Below, piece by piece: positions 1-8,077 of a DNA stretch of 32,383 nucleotides. Position numbers and translations under genes: made by a program. The notes beneath the pieces are model-generated. The model searched no databases. It had not been told where the DNA came from and worked only from the letters and a program-made list of their open reading frames with translations. This DNA is from a virus (taxonomy: Duplodnaviria > Heunggongvirae > Uroviricota > Caudoviricetes). The stretch lies in IMG/VR virus record IMGVR_UViG_2861069343_000002, positions 1 through 32,383 of that record; one strand, written 5' to 3'. Numbering within the stretch: position 1 is the stretch's first letter; each line of letters opens with the position of its first letter.

Positions 1-780
1 ATGGAAAACAAAAAAAGTTGCGTTTATTGTAAAAGCACAACAAACTTAACTAAAGAACATATTTTCCCTTCAGCAATAATTAAAAGTTTTAATGTTGAAC
101 TTTTATCGATGACTGATAAGAGTGACTACCATTTTAAAGGCGATCCAGTTATTGGGGATGTATGCGCTGAGTGTAATAATGGAATACTGTCGCAACTAGA
201 TGCTGATTTCGTAACTTGTTTTAAAAATCAGATGCTAACACCTTTAAAACCCGGAAATGAAATAACATTTGAATATGAATATGATTTATTATTACGTGAA
301 CTTCTAAAGATATCATATAATTCAGCGAGGGCATCAAATGGTGGTTATAATGCCAGAGCCATTTTAGAAAAATACATACCATTCATAATCACTGGCAATA
401 AAAACAAAAATGTAGATAGTATAATTCTTTCCCTTCTAATTGTAACTTCTGCAAATATGGTTAATCTGGAAACTGGTAAACATGAAGAGCCTTTAGAACC
501 ATATCTATTAAGAAGCGCATCGATTGATGGTTTAAACCTCAACCCTAACAATTATATTGTTAGGATGGTTGCATTTAATAGCTTTTGGTTTTTTTTGTTA
601 ATTCCAAAGAGGCCAGTTACATCCAAAGTGAAAAAAGAATTTTGGGATGAATTTAAAAGAAAAAATCATCTGCATGGAGTTTTGTTAAAAAGAAACAACA
701 CGTCAATAAAGATCACAAAAGATAAAACGACATATTTGCATCCTGACTTAATAGAAAAGATGTGGCGAAAAATAAAGTAG
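1..780 (+). CDS. HNH (His-Me finger) endonuclease-domain protein, 259 aa, AT-rich cargo gene
   Basis: ORF begins with ATG at window position 1. N-terminal CVYCK...TKEHIFP...CAECNNG spacing is typical of HNH nucleases. Visibly AT-rich compared with phage structural genes (by eye, not computed). C-terminal half has no recognisable motif. Confidence 0.5.
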   Translation: MENKKSCVYCKSTTNLTKEHIFPSAIIKSFNVELLSMTDKSDYHFKGDPVIGDVCAECNNGILSQLDADFVTCFKNQMLTPLKPGNEITFEYEYDLLLRELLKISYNSARASNGGYNARAILEKYIPFIITGNKNKNVDSIILSLLIVTSANMVNLETGKHEEPLEPYLLRSASIDGLNLNPNNYIVRMVAFNSFWFFLLIPKRPVTSKVKKEFWDEFKRKNHLHGVLLKRNNTSIKITKDKTTYLHPDLIEKMWRKIK

Positions 781-1040
781 AACAAATTTTCCAGTTGACA
801 ATACCAAAAATAATTAATGGGGACTAGGTTAAATGACGCAGTGGAACAAACTCACCAGAGAAGAAAATTAATGGTATTAATGTTCAATGTGTTCATTACT
901 GTAACCTAGCCCCTACTAATTTATTCACTATATTGCTGAGTATGTCCGCATCTGGCACATAGCAGCCCTAGAGATAGGAGCACACAGTCATAGATGGTCG
1001 GTGGGAGGTAGTGAAAATCCTCTCATACAATAAATACGTA

Positions 1041-1130
1041 AAATCGATAACGGCAAGAGACCTTTCAATACTCGCACTATCGGAAGTTAACCAACCTGCC
1101 ACAGCACGTTCTCGCATACACGTGTCTGCG
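1041..1130. repeat. Direct repeat copy A (~90 bp), diverged copy of 3298..3388
   Basis: Manual alignment: both copies begin AAATCGATAACGGC and share CGCACTATCG and GCATACA blocks; roughly 75% identity by eye. Confidence 0.6.
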
Positions 1131-1194
1131 CCCCCCCCCCTCCATCAATCATAATCAGATAGAGCCAAAAAACAAAAACAAAAACAAAAAAAAC
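1131..1194. repeat. Homopolymeric C10 tract (1131..1140) followed by a (CAAAA)n-like A-rich microsatellite (1166..1194)
   Basis: Read directly: gcg-cccccccccc-tcc, then caaaaaacaaaaacaaaaacaaaaaaaac. Confidence 0.85.
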
Positions 1195-1391
1195 ATCAAG
1201 TTACAACAATAAAAAAGACGCCAGTCAACCGATGATGAAACAAATGAGGATACGCAAAGGAGCCGCAGCTCCCTAGTAATATGAAAGCCCAGACCATCAA
1301 AGCAGAAGACTGTTAAAATATCAAAAACCCGTTATCCGCTGAAACACAGTACTACTTTGTTTAAGTTAACGATATTGCCTCAAGGGCAGTT

Positions 1392-1925
1392 TTAAAATAC
1401 GGTGAATACATCACACAGGTCCGATAAAACTTCTCGACAAACATGCCTATGATCGCTGAGCACAGAGTTTATATGCTGAAGTGTTATATACTCTTCATAC
1501 CATTCTTGTGTTACAACATTTTTCAAATTATAGAGCCTGTGAAATGACTCTTTTGCCTCCTGCGAATTAACAAATTGTTGATTATGCCCCATTAACCTCA
1601 TTAAAAACCCCTCCAAACAAAATGGTGAGGATTGAATGATTTGTATGTCTCTATTTCTAGCAGCAGATAGAGCATCAGTAGGTATTGCAAGGTCTGAGTC
1701 AATAAAAACAACTCTTTTATCAAAACTACCAGCATGGTTTATAGCAGCCATTATAGCTGATTTCGGTCCTCCACCGCCGGCATCATCTAACCTAACACTA
1801 AACCCTGCAGTCCTAGTTGTTAAGAGTCGTTTTAAACAATCAGCAAATCTTTTATCAGTAATTCCTTCGCACATCAAAAGCTTAGTTCGTTCAACTCCAC
1901 GCTTTACACGTCTGGGCTTCATCAT
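1392..1925 (-). CDS. RloB-like / TOPRIM-like small protein, partner of the upstream AAA ATPase
   Basis: 177 aa. N-terminal basic stretch then LLMCEGITDKRF (CEGxT[ED] motif as in RloB/DUF4276), later VVFIDSDLA acidic motif. ATG overlaps the ATPase stop (ATGATGA junction at 1922..1925), indicating translational coupling. Confidence 0.5.
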   Translation of the reverse strand: MMKPRRVKRGVERTKLLMCEGITDKRFADCLKRLLTTRTAGFSVRLDDAGGGGPKSAIMAAINHAGSFDKRVVFIDSDLAIPTDALSAARNRDIQIIQSSPFCLEGFLMRLMGHNQQFVNSQEAKESFHRLYNLKNVVTQEWYEEYITLQHINSVLSDHRHVCREVLSDLCDVFTVF

Positions 1926-3196
1926 AAGTCTGGTACTCCTCCAAAAGCACCAGCTAAATATTTAGCCGCAATATTATCGTCGACTCGCGCCTCACTGGAT
2001 GGAAAATCATCAAGTCGATAACATTCACTTCTATTGAATTTTTTCTCAGTAATCAACACACGGTACTTACCCAAATAATTTATCAATTCGGGTTTATGAC
2101 AAGTAAAAATTAACTGTGTATGTAACGGGTTTGTTTCTTTACTGATAAACAACTCTAATATAGGTTTAACCATATGTGGGTGCAAATCATCACCAAGTTC
2201 ATCAATAAAGCATGCTGTTCCTTTTTTCAGACATTGCATAATATTATGCAATCTGATAAATGCACTTTGTGTTCCAGCAGATTCGAATGCAAAGGGTAAC
2301 TCAAACTTGGAACCATCTTCTTTTTCATGAATACCATTTATAATATAATAAACATCCTTCTCACCGTTTATATCAACTTTCTCTTCTTTTTCTATAGTTA
2401 TATCATCTAAACCTAAATCCCATTTGCGTAAAATATTTTTTACACTTTTAAAGGCTACTGGATCTTTATATAAATCCTCCGCTGTCGCACCTAAATCTCC
2501 ATAATCATAGCTATACCTTCCCATAGCATTTACATTAGTAGTACTGCTCATTTTTTCGGCTATATCTATAGCCAAAGGAACACCTACACGGCGAGCTGCA
2601 GAAATTATACTTGTATTAGCAGGAGTTCTCTTACCCTCTAAAAGACCTAAAGGAAAAAGTTCTGCTTTTTCAACATAATCATATTTAATTGTTTTTAACA
2701 GTTCTTCAACTTCTTGATGACTAAAATCATCACTACAATTATTTAACTGTTTCTCATAATTTTCTTTATCCAACTTCCTTTTAAAAACATAGATATTTTT
2801 ATTTTTCTCATTTCTTACATACAATTCTTCTTTAATGACAAAATGGTCGCAGGCCGTAACAACATATGTGTATACTTTTCCATCTAAAACAAAACATATT
2901 TTAATCATACCTGGTTTTGTAAAAGGCCGATTAATGTTTAAATACAGATAATCAGTTACTTTTGCTGGTATAGACCAAAAAAACCAACTCAAGAAAGACA
3001 TTGGTTTAAGGAGTGTTGTCTTACCGGAGGCGTTCGCCCCCATGATAGCAGTAATCAGATTGACCTTGTGTCCATCTACATCTACCCACAGTTCTTTTTT
3101 CTTATCTTTAGCTGTAGTAGTTAGGTCTACGAACCCACCTTCATCTTCAAAGCTACCGATATTCTTAATCTCATACCAAAGTATAGCGTTAGCCAT
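1922..3196 (-). CDS. AAA family ATPase (ABC/AAA_21-like), candidate abortive-infection/defense ATPase
   Basis: 424 aa. Walker A GANASGKTT near N-terminus; Walker B plus H-loop ACFIDELGDDLHPH near C-terminus. Strong SD (AAGAGGGG) before ATG at 3196. AT-rich. Confidence 0.7.
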   Translation of the reverse strand: MANAILWYEIKNIGSFEDEGGFVDLTTTAKDKKKELWVDVDGHKVNLITAIMGANASGKTTLLKPMSFLSWFFWSIPAKVTDYLYLNINRPFTKPGMIKICFVLDGKVYTYVVTACDHFVIKEELYVRNEKNKNIYVFKRKLDKENYEKQLNNCSDDFSHQEVEELLKTIKYDYVEKAELFPLGLLEGKRTPANTSIISAARRVGVPLAIDIAEKMSSTTNVNAMGRYSYDYGDLGATAEDLYKDPVAFKSVKNILRKWDLGLDDITIEKEEKVDINGEKDVYYIINGIHEKEDGSKFELPFAFESAGTQSAFIRLHNIMQCLKKGTACFIDELGDDLHPHMVKPILELFISKETNPLHTQLIFTCHKPELINYLGKYRVLITEKKFNRSECYRLDDFPSSEARVDDNIAAKYLAGAFGGVPDL

Positions 3197-3244
3197 AACC
3201 CCTCTTTTTATACAAAAAAATGTTCAAAATCGCCACATGCTGAG

Positions 3245-3274
3245 TTTATAGCAGGAAGCGTATATAGCAAGCAA
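3245..3274 (-). promoter_or_regulatory. Candidate sigma70 promoter for the ATPase/RloB-like operon
   Basis: On minus strand TTGCTT-N18-TATAAA (plus-strand aagcaa at 3269..3274 and tttata at 3245..3250), about 50 nt upstream of the ATPase ATG. Confidence 0.3.
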
Positions 3275-3297
3275 AAAAACATAGACATGATTTAGTT

Positions 3298-3388
3298 AAA
3301 TCGATAACGGCCGGAAATCATTCAATTCCCGCACTATCGAACGTTCACCAGCCAACCGCAAAACGTTATTGCATACAACGTTTCTGCG
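3298..3388. repeat. Direct repeat copy B (~90 bp), diverged copy of 1041..1130
   Basis: See copy A. Lies between the stf stop and the ATPase promoter. Confidence 0.6.
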
Positions 3389-3586
3389 GCATAATCCCAA
3401 TGATTACTCCCTGACAGGATTTGCAGGCCACTCAATATCAGGTGCAGTTGATGTATCAACACGGTTCAGCAACACCCGATACTTTTTCCAGGCTTCCAGC
3501 AACAAGGTTTCTTTCTCCGTTGCGATCTCCAGCTCAACAACAGTCTGAACGTACCGGGAACAGCCTCCTTCAGAGCTTGAAGGATA

Positions 3587-6500
3587 TCAATGTTCGCTTC
3601 CTGTTAACTGCCGGACAAGTGCAACCAGTTCGCTTACCTGATTTTCCAGAGTGCTGATCCGGGTGTCTGCTGTTGCCAGATTTTCACGTAGCGTTGTGTT
3701 TTCCTCTTCCAGCGCGGTAACGCGATCATCTGTTTCACGGGCGACCTGAACAAGTAAACCCGTCACGGCGGCGTAGTCAACATTAAGATAGCGCGTTTCT
3801 TCGCGTAGCTCGTTGCCGTCAACGGTCGGGCCTTGCAACTCTTCACCGTAATGAGTAAACGATCCCACAGCTTCTGGTATCGCCTCCATTACTTCCTGTG
3901 CAATAACGCCAGCATAAGGCATCCCGTTTTCCCTGAGCGTGTAGGTGTATCCGTTCATTTTACGGATTGCTTTCGTCGCGTCGCTGATAACGAGAATATC
4001 GTCTTTAAGGTCGCGGTCTGATGACTGATTCAGCGTTGTGCAATTAATAGCGCCATTTACATCAAACAACTGGCCTGCTGACGTTTTTTGCGCATAAAAC
4101 AGATACGCAGCAGACGTGCCAACCTCAAAAACGTTTTGTCGAGTACTGGAACCCCACACCCTGATACCAACTGGTAGTTCTGAATTACCTGAATTAAGTA
4201 AAGCAAAACGATTGCCAGTCCCTGTTTGTTTTCTAATTACTAAATCGGCAGTTGAGTTAACCTCATCTTTGTTGATGGTTAGCGCCTGTGCTGTAGCACC
4301 GTTGACAGTACCGCTTAGTAGTTGCACCGCGCCATCATCGCCATTTAACAGCACTTGAGCGCTGCTTCTGTGGTTTTTAAGGCACAACATTTTTCCCGTG
4401 TTTTTCGATGTACCTACTGACCACGCCGAATTGGTTCCAGTGCTATCAACACCGCGCACAGCACAATTCATACTACTGTAATCTGACGTACTCCCCAGCA
4501 CATCAACACGCCCGCCGCCTAATTTTGATGGAGTCGTCGAGGTTAACGACCTGACGGTTACATCCTGATTCCATCCTGAAACAACTACCTGACTCCACTC
4601 CGTCCAACTTCCATTGACAACAAAGCGAACGTATATGCGTTTTGTGTCGCTGCCAATCAGCGTTTGCATGATCGCATAATCTGAACCCGTAGTTTTACGA
4701 GTAGATTCTACACGTAGCAAAAAGTTACCGCTTACGCCGTCAGGCTTATTGGTAATATATGCACCACCTGCGACAGTTTTGCATTGATAGTATTTAACAG
4801 ATCCAGCCACTGTATTAGCAATGATCAAGTCGTTTAAATCAATAGTCTTGTTGTCAATGGTTTCCGGCTCGATAGATCCCGCCATACCTGCGTTAAATGT
4901 GGCAAGGTCAGAAAAGGTTGTTTTACCGCCTACCGTCACCCCGCTATCGAGTTTTGCTTGTGTGATTACTTTGCTGTTTTTTGTGTGGTCAGAATAACTA
5001 CCAAAATACAAATCACCGTCACCAGCTATACCCAGGTATTTTTGATCAACATCATCAACCTTAAACCCAATGGACAAGTTTTTAATTGTGTTGTTGCTCG
5101 TTAAAACCAAAGGCGTATGCTGAGATCCTTTGATGCTTACCGTAGTGTTATCGGAACTGGTGCTTGTGTTTGCAAATTCTGCGGTGGCTGCGCTGATTTT
5201 GTAAGTTATTTTTAGATTGCGGGCCTCAACCCTCCCGTCGTGGCGAACAATAAAATCACCACTTGATTCACCTTTTGTGTTTTTCGCCCTGATGTGGATT
5301 TCGCCAAGTGATTCGTTGTTTTCAGGCGACCAAACAACGCCGCGCTCGCTTCCGTCGTTGTTCATGAACCACAGATGAGCGGTTCCTTTTGCTGATTTTA
5401 GCCTGATAGATGGCGTTTCTTTCAATATATCAAGATCACCAGACATAACATCGCCGGATTTTTTCACCTGCGCATCGTTAGTTACGTTGCCAAGTCCAAC
5501 ATCCGATTTCGACGGCTTGTTTGCCGAGCCGTATAGCTCATTGATGCTAAAAGTCCCGTTGTTAAGCCGGGCATCGTTGCCGGCATAGATCTTAATCTTC
5601 GCGGTTGAGTAGTCGATATTGATCGCTGACCACGTATCGCCGCACCGCGAGAATATACCAGAACCGTGGCTATAAATGGTCGCCGTGCTTCCGGTCGGCT
5701 TATCACCGCGCCAGAAATGACCACCTTTGTCACGCAGAGCTTTTAAGATCTCTACATCGCTCATCTTGCCGTTTGTTGATATCCCGCTACCGCCAAGACC
5801 GAAAGCGCCTGTAAGCATAGCATTAGAAAGACCCAAATCTGCTTTAGTCGGCTTGTTTAACTGGTCGTAAATCCTTACAACGGGGCTTTCAACATATCCA
5901 GAAGGCGCGGCGGTTTGCTTAACAAATCCGTCTGGAATGTATAATTCCGTGCGTGCCGTCTGCGCCAGTACCGCAACCTTTGCGCCGTTGATAAATGCAC
6001 GCTGGAAGGCCCAAACCTCAATAAAGCCATCATCTTTAACCAGGCCGTAACGCATTTGCATGCTATTGATTAGCCCGGTTGGCCCTAAACGGCGTATACT
6101 CAGGTAACGAGATACATTATCAGCAGTAAGCGAAGAAGGCAGACCGCGCGCCGAGATCTCGATAAAGTCAATGTTTCCGTAAGGGGAGCCGTAGTCACCG
6201 CCGTTAGTAACCATTAGCGTTACATGGCAATTGTTGCTTCCGGGATCGGAAAGTTTCGCGATCTTTATGTAAAAAGACTCATTACCAGTAACAACGGGCC
6301 AATCGTATTGCGTCATCGGGCTGACGAGTCCCCCGACCTTGTCGAGATATTCTTTCGCCTTGTTCTCTGACGCTTTAGCGTTGGTTTCGCTGACCTTTGC
6401 TGCTGACTCACTATTTTTCGCGTTGGTTTCTGATTTTTTGGCTGCTGTCGCGGAATTTGCCGATGCAGTTTGTGAGTCTGCTGCCGCCTGTGCGCTGTTA

Positions 6501-7345
6501 TCCGCATTCATCTCAGACGTTTTTGCGGCCTTCGCGGAATTTCCTGCCGCCGTTGCCGAGGAAGCTGCACTGCCGGCGCTCGAGGCTGCGCTCGTTTCTG
6601 ATGATTTTGCCGCCACTTTTGAAGCCGACGCATCCCGGGCTGAGGTGGCAGCTTCTGACGCTTTCGTGGTCGCGGTGGATGCAGAAGTGGCCGCAGATTT
6701 TTGTGATGCTGCGGCATTCGTTTCTGACGTTTTCGCTGCACCGGCACTGGTGGCTGCCGCGCTTTTTGAAGACTCTGCAGCGGCAGCACTTTTTGATGCT
6801 TCAGTAGCCTTTGTTGATGCCGTTCCTGCGCTGGAAGACGCTGACTGAGCCGACGACGCGGCCTGTCCGGCTGACGTGCTGGCTGCGCGTGCGGAGTCCG
6901 CAGCATCAGTCGCATGGGTTGCCGCCTCACGGGCTGATGTGCGGGCATCACTGGCTGACTTCTTCGCGGCTGCCGTGTTCTGTGCCACTGCGGACGCGTT
7001 ACGCGCCACCTCTTCCACCATCAGTTCAAAGCGGCGCAGTGCCTCCGGACGGACATCATCCTCCGTCATGGCACCGAGAAAATCATTCAGCGTACCCGGT
7101 TGTGAGTCTTCATACACGGTGATGGTCCCGGCATGCGATGGCGGGAAGCCTTCCACCAACAGAATAACGCTGTACTGACCGTACTCAACGTCCATGCTGT
7201 AACGCCCGGCTTCATCCGGGTTTTCTGAGGCCACTGTGTTCACCACCACCGTGGTGCTGTTACGTTTTGCTTTCAGCTGGATTGTACAGTTCTGTACCGG
7301 TTTACCTGCACCGTCTTTCAGTACACCTGAAATCTTTACTGCCAT
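3587..7345 (-). CDS. stf: Side tail fiber protein (lambda Stf-like N-terminus, A/S/T-rich repeat region, C-terminal peptidase S74 intramolecular chaperone domain)
   Basis: N-terminus MAVKISGVLKDGAGKPVQNCTIQLKA matches lambda Stf N-terminus as recalled. Long Ala/Ser/Thr-rich repetitive segment. C-terminal SDRDLKDDI...NGYTYT...GVIAQEV motif of self-cleaving S74 chaperone. ATG at 7345 preferred over the in-frame GTG at 7351. Confidence 0.85.
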   Translation of the reverse strand: MAVKISGVLKDGAGKPVQNCTIQLKAKRNSTTVVVNTVASENPDEAGRYSMDVEYGQYSVILLVEGFPPSHAGTITVYEDSQPGTLNDFLGAMTEDDVRPEALRRFELMVEEVARNASAVAQNTAAAKKSASDARTSAREAATHATDAADSARAASTSAGQAASSAQSASSSAGTASTKATEASKSAAAAESSKSAAATSAGAAKTSETNAAASQKSAATSASTATTKASEAATSARDASASKVAAKSSETSAASSAGSAASSATAAGNSAKAAKTSEMNADNSAQAAADSQTASANSATAAKKSETNAKNSESAAKVSETNAKASENKAKEYLDKVGGLVSPMTQYDWPVVTGNESFYIKIAKLSDPGSNNCHVTLMVTNGGDYGSPYGNIDFIEISARGLPSSLTADNVSRYLSIRRLGPTGLINSMQMRYGLVKDDGFIEVWAFQRAFINGAKVAVLAQTARTELYIPDGFVKQTAAPSGYVESPVVRIYDQLNKPTKADLGLSNAMLTGAFGLGGSGISTNGKMSDVEILKALRDKGGHFWRGDKPTGSTATIYSHGSGIFSRCGDTWSAINIDYSTAKIKIYAGNDARLNNGTFSINELYGSANKPSKSDVGLGNVTNDAQVKKSGDVMSGDLDILKETPSIRLKSAKGTAHLWFMNNDGSERGVVWSPENNESLGEIHIRAKNTKGESSGDFIVRHDGRVEARNLKITYKISAATAEFANTSTSSDNTTVSIKGSQHTPLVLTSNNTIKNLSIGFKVDDVDQKYLGIAGDGDLYFGSYSDHTKNSKVITQAKLDSGVTVGGKTTFSDLATFNAGMAGSIEPETIDNKTIDLNDLIIANTVAGSVKYYQCKTVAGGAYITNKPDGVSGNFLLRVESTRKTTGSDYAIMQTLIGSDTKRIYVRFVVNGSWTEWSQVVVSGWNQDVTVRSLTSTTPSKLGGGRVDVLGSTSDYSSMNCAVRGVDSTGTNSAWSVGTSKNTGKMLCLKNHRSSAQVLLNGDDGAVQLLSGTVNGATAQALTINKDEVNSTADLVIRKQTGTGNRFALLNSGNSELPVGIRVWGSSTRQNVFEVGTSAAYLFYAQKTSAGQLFDVNGAINCTTLNQSSDRDLKDDILVISDATKAIRKMNGYTYTLRENGMPYAGVIAQEVMEAIPEAVGSFTHYGEELQGPTVDGNELREETRYLNVDYAAVTGLLVQVARETDDRVTALEEENTTLRENLATADTRISTLENQVSELVALVRQLTGSEH

Positions 7346-7354
7346 ATTCACCCC

Positions 7355-7383
7355 ACAAAAAAGCCCGCCTGAACCGGCGGGCT
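7355..7383 (-). terminator. Rho-independent terminator downstream of lom
   Basis: Minus-strand hairpin AGCCCGCC-GGTTCA-GGCGGGCT followed by TTTTTT. Confidence 0.5.
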
Positions 7384-7409
7384 GTCATAACACTGTGTTA
7401 CCTGGCTAA

Positions 7410-8009
7410 TCAGAACTTATAACCAACACCCACGATGAAACCGTCAGTGCGCCAGTTGCCACTGCCGGAGCCTTCATAAGCGACATCAACGGCCACGGAT
7501 TCGGTCGGGTTAAACTGCACGCCAGCTCCCCACGCCAGAGAGGTGTTACTGTGGCGAGCGTCATCACTTCCGGTCAGCACGTCGTGCGTTTTTCCCTTGT
7601 TGTCAGTTACGCGGAGATAATCCCCGGAAAAAGTCGACACACGGCTGTAAGCCATACCCGCCATCGCATACGCGCTGAACCATTCATTCACGCGCACAGA
7701 CGGCCCCGCCATTACGCTGAACCAGCGGTTACGAACGGAATCCTCATGCCAGCGGGTATCGCTGTAACGGGTAAGCTGGCGATTCTTGTCTCCTGCATAG
7801 CTGAATGACGTCACCAGCCCCAGTGTGTCCGTAAACTCATAACGGTATTTCACGTTAATCCCGTTCAGATCATCGCTGCCGGGAACGTTGGTCCGGGCAT
7901 GAAGATACCCCGCGCTCAGCGTGGACTGATGTTCAGATGCCCATGCAGGCGCACCGGATACGGCCAGACAAATGGCTGCGGACAAAATGGCGGCATAAAG
8001 TTTACGCAT
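7410..8009 (-). CDS. lom: Lom-family outer membrane protein (Ail/Lom beta-barrel)
   Basis: 199 aa; signal peptide [24 protein letters not shown]; beta-barrel-like alternating aromatic pattern ending ...[10 protein letters not shown]; located between J-like gene and stf as in lambda. SD GAGAGGT before ATG. Confidence 0.85.
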   Translation of the reverse strand: MRKLYAAILSAAICLAVSGAPAWASEHQSTLSAGYLHARTNVPGSDDLNGINVKYRYEFTDTLGLVTSFSYAGDKNRQLTRYSDTRWHEDSVRNRWFSVMAGPSVRVNEWFSAYAMAGMAYSRVSTFSGDYLRVTDNKGKTHDVLTGSDDARHSNTSLAWGAGVQFNPTESVAVDVAYEGSGSGNWRTDGFIVGVGYKF

Positions 8010-8033
8010 AATTACCTCTCGCTTTTCTGCAAT

Positions 8034-8057
8034 AAAAAAGGCGCCAGAAATGGCGCC
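8034..8057 (-). terminator. Rho-independent terminator between J-like ORF and lom
   Basis: Minus-strand hairpin GGCGCC-ATTTCT-GGCGCC followed by TTTTTTATT. Confidence 0.45.
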
Positions 8058-8077
8058 CGCATATGGGTTATGAAAAT

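Noticed and set aside
1-3196. Septu-like system (ATPase plus HNH nuclease)
   Set aside because: The HNH gene is on the opposite strand, about 600 bp away and convergent; the ATPase is instead coupled to the RloB-like ORF.
3421-3657. 78-aa plus-strand ORF at the 3' end of stf as a possible tail fiber assembly gene
   Set aside because: Wrong strand for the late operon, overlaps the stf stop region, and the fiber carries its own S74 chaperone domain.
6313-7178. Cluster of overlapping ORFs on both strands (6339..6848 +, 6397..6807 +, 6508..6951 -, 6876..7178 +) inside the tail fiber gene
   Set aside because: They lie in the low-complexity Ala/Ser/Thr-rich repeat region of stf, where GC-rich codon repeats give long stop-free frames by chance; they have no RBS and low-complexity translations.
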